Part shown: positions 56,818 through 62,058 of the stretch, one piece after another
Layout: every line of letters starts with the position of its first letter
How positions within the stretch are numbered: position 1 is the first letter of the stretch
Source of the DNA: Candidatus Aminicenantia bacterium
GTDB lineage: Bacteria > Acidobacteriota > Aminicenantia > JdFR-78
Assembly: GCA_046760445.1 (NCBI GenBank)
Contig: JBHIEE010000002.1
Location: 1 to 62,058 of the forward strand
Length of the DNA: 62,058 nt
Reading direction: 5' to 3'
Notes under the pieces: model-generated
Seen by the model: the letters and a program-made list of their open reading frames with translations, nothing else
Database searches by the model: none
Told to the model about the DNA's origin: nothing
Made by a program: the position numbers and the translations under genes

Positions 56818-57953
56818 TTAAATTCTCTTGAATTTTTTATGGTTAATTATTAAATAAAGAAGCATAATTCCGCCGACAGCGCTGAGAAAAATAAAAGGAA
56901 AATTGATGCCTACAACATCAGAAAAATAACCTGAGACAAGGACAACGAATCCACCACCTAACATCTGAGAGTTAGCTGCCAGACTGAATGCCTGAGCCTG
57001 ATTTTTCTTTTGGGTATGTTCAGCAATAAAAGCCAGTAGCGAAGGATAAGTTAAGAACAAAAAAGGTTAATTAGAGGTTGGAAGATTAATCCAATCAGTA
57101 GAGAAAAAATACAGGTCCCCGCAAAGCCAAGAATTAAAGTTCTGAATCGGCCAATTAACTGATTGATTTTTCCGTAAGAATAGGTAACCATCGTTCCTGC
57201 TCCAATCCAGCCTGCTAAATAAAGTCCTGTTCTTCCCATGGAAATGTTCAGTTTATGGTGAAGAAATGAGGGAGCATAAAAAATAGTGGTTCCCCAGCTT
57301 GCTCCTCCAAATAGGAGCCCGATAATAAAAACTTTTATTTGCTTAAAAGTTTTAATCCATGAGGAAAGATTAATTCTCACTATTTCCTGACCTCGAGAAG
57401 TGCTTCCCTGGGAAAGTCTTAGACCGAGAAAGGCAATCATTATTCCTATTATCCCCCAGAAAATCAAAGGAATTTTCCAATTGTATTTTTGAGCTAAATA
57501 GCCTGTTGAAATAAAGGCAAGGAATACGCCTAAATTCCCTGAACCACTTTGAATTCCCATTGCCTGATCCAGACTTTTTCCTTTAAAAACATCTGAAATC
57601 CAGGCTACTCCCAGAGGATGATAAAAGCTGGATGAGATTCTTAACCAGATGTAAATGAAAAGAAAAATGAGAAAAATGGTTGCTCGAGTAATAAGGAACA
57701 TGGTTAGACTGAGAGAGCACAGGCTGATAAACAGCAGATGTCGATATTCAAACTTCTCAGCAATCTGGCCAACAATCATCTGAGAAATCACAGAAACTAA
57801 AAGACCAATATAGGACAGAATCCCAATGTAAAAATATTTTTCAATAATGAATTTTTGGTCATATAGAAGAGGAAAAATAGTCGGCACAGCAACTACTGCT
57901 GCGTCATTTAAAGCGTGGTAGAAAGATACAAAAGATAAAATTCTATTTTTCAT
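56818..57953 (-). pseudogene. MFS transporter interrupted by a frameshift at a homopolymer run
   Basis: ORFs 57051..57953 and 56818..57060 are consecutive MFS halves in frames offset by one. The junction lies at the a6 run (57058-57065 region). Could be a true pseudogene or an assembly error. Confidence 0.6.
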
Positions 57954-57986
57954 TATAAATGGTCAGGATAAATGTTGTAATTTCTT

Positions 57987-58502
57987 TTAAATTCCTTTCT
58001 TTTGTTCGGAAGATTTTTGAGGTTGATAGCTAAGTTCTTTTTTCAACTGGTAGGAATAGGGAAGGTGACTGTTTTTCCAGCCATTAACCGTCCGATAACC
58101 TTGTTCATCTTTTTCTCCTTCAAAACCTTCCTTTACATTAAAAAGCTTAATGAATCCCGATTGTTTAGCCAATTTTGCTGCCTCCAAACTTCTTCCTCCG
58201 CTTCGACAGAGAAAAATCAAAACATCATCTTTTTTGAAGCTTGATTTTATATCTTGAAGAAAGTTCTCATTAGGGATAAGCTTTTGCTCTTTTTCACTCC
58301 AGAACATTAAAGGAATATTATAAGCCATTTCTGGATGTCCAACAAAAACATACTCAGCTACACTTCTGACATCAATTAAGTAAGTTGATGAATTTTTAAG
58401 CATCTGATAGGCTTCTCGAGAGGAGACTTCTTCTATGTTTTGAGAAAAGATAAAACAAGAAAAAAGACCCAAACTGGTTAGAATTGAAGCTATTTTTCTC
58501 AT
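57987..58502 (-). CDS. Exported rhodanese-domain sulfurtransferase
   Basis: ORF 57987..58517. Start moved to ATG 58502 behind GGAAGGGAG. Active-site loop CRSGGRS. Confidence 0.8.
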   Translation of the reverse strand: MRKIASILTSLGLFSCFIFSQNIEEVSSREAYQMLKNSSTYLIDVRSVAEYVFVGHPEMAYNIPLMFWSEKEQKLIPNENFLQDIKSSFKKDDVLIFLCRSGGRSLEAAKLAKQSGFIKLFNVKEGFEGEKDEQGYRTVNGWKNSHLPYSYQLKKELSYQPQKSSEQKKGI

Positions 58503-58587
58503 TGAACTCCCTTCCATTAAATTTATTTGTGATAAGTCAAAAATTTAACTACTTCCTTTCTTCTTTTCAGCCATATATTACCTTAAA

Positions 58588-60267
58588 TTATTCTTCGACA
58601 AACTGCTGCACAAAGTATTTAGCAGTTAATGGCTCACCAGTAGCTCTTTCAATCATTTCATCCCAGGGATAGCGAGCACCTGGTTTCAACACTTTTTCCT
58701 TAATATAAGCTCCAATTTCTTTGTTATTTACATAGGATAAGCTTGCTGGACTCTGGTGAAGAATATTGTTAGTAATATAATTATGTAATTGAGAAGCCAG
58801 CATTTCACCTAACATATAATTGTGATAATAAACTGGAGCAGAGGTAAAATGAATTTTAGCTGCCCAATCCGGTTTATCTCTGTTTTCAGGTCGCGTAACG
58901 AACTGGTATTTCTCGACCATATCCCACCAGAGATTATTTAAATCTTGGTCAGGATTTTTATATAGTTCTCTTTCAAAATTGAACATTACTTGAGTCCAGC
59001 GAGCAAATATTAGTTGCTTAATGCGTAAGCTCTTTTTTACAATTTGTTTTATTTTTTCAACTTCAGATTCTTCCAGGCCTAATATATCTCTCATCCAATT
59101 AGGATCTCGGGAAAGCCGGCCAAATAACATAGCAATCGCCTCAGTGGTAAAAATATGAGCATATCTTCTTAAGAAAAAGGGAAGCTCGGGATTAATATAT
59201 TTGCTGTATATTCCGTGGCCGAATTCATGAAGAAGTGTTTCCATCCATTGTTCGTTATCCTTAACATTAGCCAATACTCGAACATCTCCTTTTCGGTCAA
59301 TATTGGTGCAATAAGCATGAGGATTTTTTCCTTCTTTTTCATAGAGATCGCTTCTTTCCAAAATATCCTTTATGGAAAGTGCAATACTGTTATAAAATTT
59401 AATCACTAATTCCTCTAAGTTTTTCCCTTTATAGTACTTATCCAGGTCAATTTCCTCCATGGTGGGAGCTTCCTGAAAGAAAGGATCATTGTAATGCCAT
59501 GGGCGGAGCTCTTCTTTCTTAATCCCGTATCGCCTGGATAAGGTCTCATCAAGTTCATCTTTTAATTTTCTAAAGGGGTCATCAGTTAGTTCTTTTAGTT
59601 CATTGAAGATCTTAACCAGTTCCTCTTCCTCTTGTTCCCTGAGAGTAAGAGCCATCGTGTAGTAATTGCCAAATCCGAGCTGATGAGCAGCCTCATTTCT
59701 AAGTTTGACCAGTTTGACTAAATTTTCATTCACTTCTTCCCCAACCTGTTTGCTTGCTAACCAGGCTTTTTTCCTTTTTCCTATATTCTTTGTTTCGGTC
59801 TTTAAAATTTCGCGAATGAAACTGTCTGTTACTTCCTGACCATCCATTTTGCCACGGAAGGTGTTAAACTGTTTTTCAACTGTGGTACTTAATTTGACTA
59901 TTTGTTCTAAAAGCTGTTTATCAATCTGATTCTCTAAGTAATCGTTGTAGATAATGGTCAACTGACGTTTGAGTAAGGGATCTTCAACTTTTCCAGATTC
60001 CTTAATTTTCTTCAACTCAGCAAAATCTTCTTTATTGGAGTAAATATTTACCAATTCCAACTGCAATTTCTCATATCGGTCGTAATCTTCTTTTTTACCT
60101 GTAATACTGGCATTCCAGTAAGCTAAATTAGTCTCTTTTAAAAGAGGTTCTACTTTTTCTTGATGCTGCTGAATAAAATTAGATAAATCCTTTTCAACTT
60201 TTTTGGTCGTGGGTGTACAAGAAGCTAATAAAAATCCGATAATAAAGAAAATAACTAAGTTTTTCAT
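58588..60267 (-). CDS. Clan MA zinc metallopeptidase lipoprotein (ACE-like M2 / M3-like)
   Basis: ORF 58588..60300 (TTG). Start set to ATG 60267 behind AAGGAGG. Lipobox FLLASC. HEFGHGIY zinc motif. ACE-like N-terminal NLAYWNASITG. Confidence 0.7.
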   Translation of the reverse strand: MKNLVIFFIIGFLLASCTPTTKKVEKDLSNFIQQHQEKVEPLLKETNLAYWNASITGKKEDYDRYEKLQLELVNIYSNKEDFAELKKIKESGKVEDPLLKRQLTIIYNDYLENQIDKQLLEQIVKLSTTVEKQFNTFRGKMDGQEVTDSFIREILKTETKNIGKRKKAWLASKQVGEEVNENLVKLVKLRNEAAHQLGFGNYYTMALTLREQEEEELVKIFNELKELTDDPFRKLKDELDETLSRRYGIKKEELRPWHYNDPFFQEAPTMEEIDLDKYYKGKNLEELVIKFYNSIALSIKDILERSDLYEKEGKNPHAYCTNIDRKGDVRVLANVKDNEQWMETLLHEFGHGIYSKYINPELPFFLRRYAHIFTTEAIAMLFGRLSRDPNWMRDILGLEESEVEKIKQIVKKSLRIKQLIFARWTQVMFNFERELYKNPDQDLNNLWWDMVEKYQFVTRPENRDKPDWAAKIHFTSAPVYYHNYMLGEMLASQLHNYITNNILHQSPASLSYVNNKEIGAYIKEKVLKPGARYPWDEMIERATGEPLTAKYFVQQFVEE

Positions 60268-60291
60268 TAGACCTCCTTTCTTTAAAATGAG

Positions 60292-60600
60292 TATTGTCAA
60301 ATTTAACCACAGAGGTCACAGAGAACATATAACTATAAAAACACTTATCCGTGTTTTTATACTTCTCTCCTCTGTGTGCTCTGCAGAGTTAACCTCTTTA
60401 TCTCATTGTTTTCTCTCTGTTGAAATTTATCAATGTATCTAATACCTTGCTTCATTGTCTTTAAGTTAAATGAACTTTCATAATACAAAAGATTATTTTT
60501 GCTATTGTGTTCTCCCCGAGTACTCGTGGGAGAACACAGAGATTTGAATTCTCTGTGTTCTCTGACTTCGACGAGCTCAGTCGAGTCGTGGTTTTCGTAT
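60292..60600. repeat. Cluster of element-family sequences: conserved terminus tattgtcaaatttaaccacaga, cacagag words and nested palindromes
   Basis: 60292-60313 is identical to the reverse complement of 24862-24883. Degenerate opposite end ttctctctgttgaaatttatcaatg at about 60411-60435. Palindrome tgtgttctccccgagtactcgtgggagaacaca at about 60507-60539. cacagag-atttgaatt-ctctgtg follows. Confidence 0.6.
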
Positions 60601-60725
60601 TTATCATGTTGTGAATTTTATACCTTGAATGAATTGATTGTCAATATAAGAAAAGATTGCTTAAAAATTGACATTTTATGGTAAAATTTTTAACTAGACT
60701 GTATTTCTAAAAATAGGGAGTAAGA

Positions 60726-62058
60726 ATGAAAATTTTAACTTCAGAACAAATGAGAAAAATTGATGGGATAGCAATAAATGAAATTGGAATCCCAGGATGC
60801 GTTTTAATGGAAAACGCTGGGCTGCAGATTTTTAAAGCAATTAAACAGAAATTTCCTATCTTGGAAAAAGAGAAAATCAGTATTATTGCTGGGCAGGGAA
60901 ATAATGGTGGAGATGGATTAGTTGTTGCCCGTCATCTTTTTAATCAAGGAATTGAGCCTAAAATTTATCTTTTGACTCTCAAGGAGAAAGTCAAAGGAGA
61001 TGCAGAAATTAATTTAAAAATTGCTGAAAAAATAGGACTACAAATAGTTGAAATAACTTCAGAAAAGGTCTGGGAGGAAAATAAGGCTGATCTTTTTCAG
61101 TCAACAATTATTGTGGATGCCATTTTTGGCACCGGTCTGACACGAGCAGCGGAAGGAATTTATAAAAAAGTAATTGAGGATATTAATTCAGCCAATGGAT
61201 TTAAAGTAGCGGTTGATATTCCTTCTGGACTCTCTTCTGATACCTTTCGGATAATTGGTCCGTGTGTCAAAGCTGATTTAACAATTACCCTAGCTGCGCC
61301 CAAAATTGCCCATATTCTTCCTCTGGCTGAAGAATATGTTGGAGAATTAATCATTGCAGATATCAGCATTCCTCAATTTTTATTTGAGGATGAAGAATTG
61401 AAACTGGAATTGATTGAAAAAAAGAGAGTTGCTCCTTATTTTAAACCCAGAAAAAAAGACACCCACAAAGGAACTTACGGCCATTTATTTATCTTGGCTG
61501 GTTCACTTGGGAAAACCGGAGCAGCTGTTATGGCAGCCAAAGCAGCTTTAAAAATGGGTGTTGGATTAGTTACTGTCGGCACTCCCCAGAGTTGCCTGCC
61601 AATTATTGCCAAATCAATGATGGAGATTATGACTGAACCGCTTCCTGAAACCAAGGAAAAGACATTATCTGCTGAAGCCTTGGACAGAATTCTCTTTCTT
61701 TTAAAAGACAAAGATGGAATTTTAATTGGTCCAGGAATTTCAACCCATCCTTCTACCTCTCAGCTCATTTTTAACTTGCTGGAAAAAATAGAAATACCGA
61801 TGGTCATTGATGCTGACGGATTGAATATTTTGGCTTTCCATCCTGAGGTTTTAAAAAACACTAAGAAGTCAGTAGTTTTAACTCCCCACCCAGGTGAATT
61901 TGCTCGATTGCTCAAGAAAACTACCAAGGAGGTTCTTGAAAACAGAATTGAATATGTTCAGAAGTTTGCTGCAGAATATAATGTTTACTTGGTGCTTAAA
62001 GGTTACCGAACTCTTATTGCTTCTCCCCAGGGAAAGGTTTTTGTCAATCCAACTGGCA
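60726..62058 (+). CDS. nnr: Bifunctional NAD(P)H-hydrate repair enzyme Nnr (epimerase/ADP-dependent dehydratase), 3'-truncated by the window end
   Basis: Absent from the ORF track (no stop in window). My translation from ATG 60726: MKILTSEQMRKIDGIAINEIGIPGCVLMENAGLQIF...AGQGNNGGDGLVVARHL..., later HKGTYGHLFILAGSLGKTGAA. Confidence 0.85.
   Translation, partial: MKILTSEQMRKIDGIAINEIGIPGCVLMENAGLQIFKAIKQKFPILEKEKISIIAGQGNNGGDGLVVARHLFNQGIEPKIYLLTLKEKVKGDAEINLKIAEKIGLQIVEITSEKVWEENKADLFQSTIIVDAIFGTGLTRAAEGIYKKVIEDINSANGFKVAVDIPSGLSSDTFRIIGPCVKADLTITLAAPKIAHILPLAEEYVGELIIADISIPQFLFEDEELKLELIEKKRVAPYFKPRKKDTHKGTYGHLFILAGSLGKTGAAVMAAKAALKMGVGLVTVGTPQSCLPIIAKSMMEIMTEPLPETKEKTLSAEALDRILFLLKDKDGILIGPGISTHPSTSQLIFNLLEKIEIPMVIDADGLNILAFHPEVLKNTKKSVVLTPHPGEFARLLKKTTKEVLENRIEYVQKFAAEYNVYLVLKGYRTLIASPQGKVFVNPTG

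Noticed and set aside
57040-57070. Programmed -1 ribosomal frameshift in the MFS gene
   Set aside because: In the zero frame the run reads CTT TTT TGT, not a canonical X XXY YYZ heptamer. No downstream structure is evident. A homopolymer indel or error is the simpler explanation.

Overview
AT-rich chromosomal segment (mid-30s % GC by eye). It probably comes from an uncultivated, anaerobic diderm bacterium: TolC/RND efflux, a TonB-dependent receptor, an OM beta-barrel, a sigma54 activator and a tungsten-type aldehyde:ferredoxin oxidoreductase are all present. All family calls come from reading motifs in the supplied translations. No searches were run.

Gene order:
- 1-2100: partial type IIG R-M/methyltransferase gene, a 4-fold beta-flower protein and HU.
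- 2155-8769: TetR-TolC-MFP-RND efflux operon.
- 8824-10493: tRNA-Leu(CAG), a small GC-richer aldo/keto reductase islet, and a duplicated tRNA-Leu 3' end.
- 10700-15162: Rrf2, B12-radical SAM, AOR, MoaD-like.
- 15174-24411: TPR protein, TonB receptor, dehydrogenase, acyltransferase, NtrC-type regulator, nucleotidyltransferase, CPBP protease, OM barrel.
- 24909-29197: three exported amidohydrolase paralogs.
- 29303-47829: the most unusual stretch (signalling region, below).
- 48023-62058: lipid kinase-CPBP-epimerase operon, tRNA-Leu(GAG), secG-tpiA-pgk-gap, a PlsY fusion protein, a frameshifted MFS gene, rhodanese, a zinc peptidase and partial nnr.

Signalling region (29303-47829): two GC-rich Hanks-type Ser/Thr kinase genes each carry the same AT-rich promoter plus Zn-ribbon 5' module. 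These modules are direct repeats 14,654 bp apart and bracket a cluster containing:
- an RsbW-like kinase, a STAS protein and an FHA-GAF-PP2C phosphatase (partner switching with no sigma factor);
- three exported PI3K/PI4K-like kinase paralogs;
- an exported PPP-family phosphatase and an SdiA-regulated-type lipoprotein;
- two TLC (ATP/ADP-translocase-like) carriers, one fused to HEAT repeats.

I read this as a candidate extracytoplasmic phosphorylation or nucleotide-handling system under partner-switching control. Separately, many intergenic regions hold a family of low-complexity hairpin/MITE-like elements. One copy has a 13-bp target-site duplication, and a 22-nt terminus is shared between two loci.
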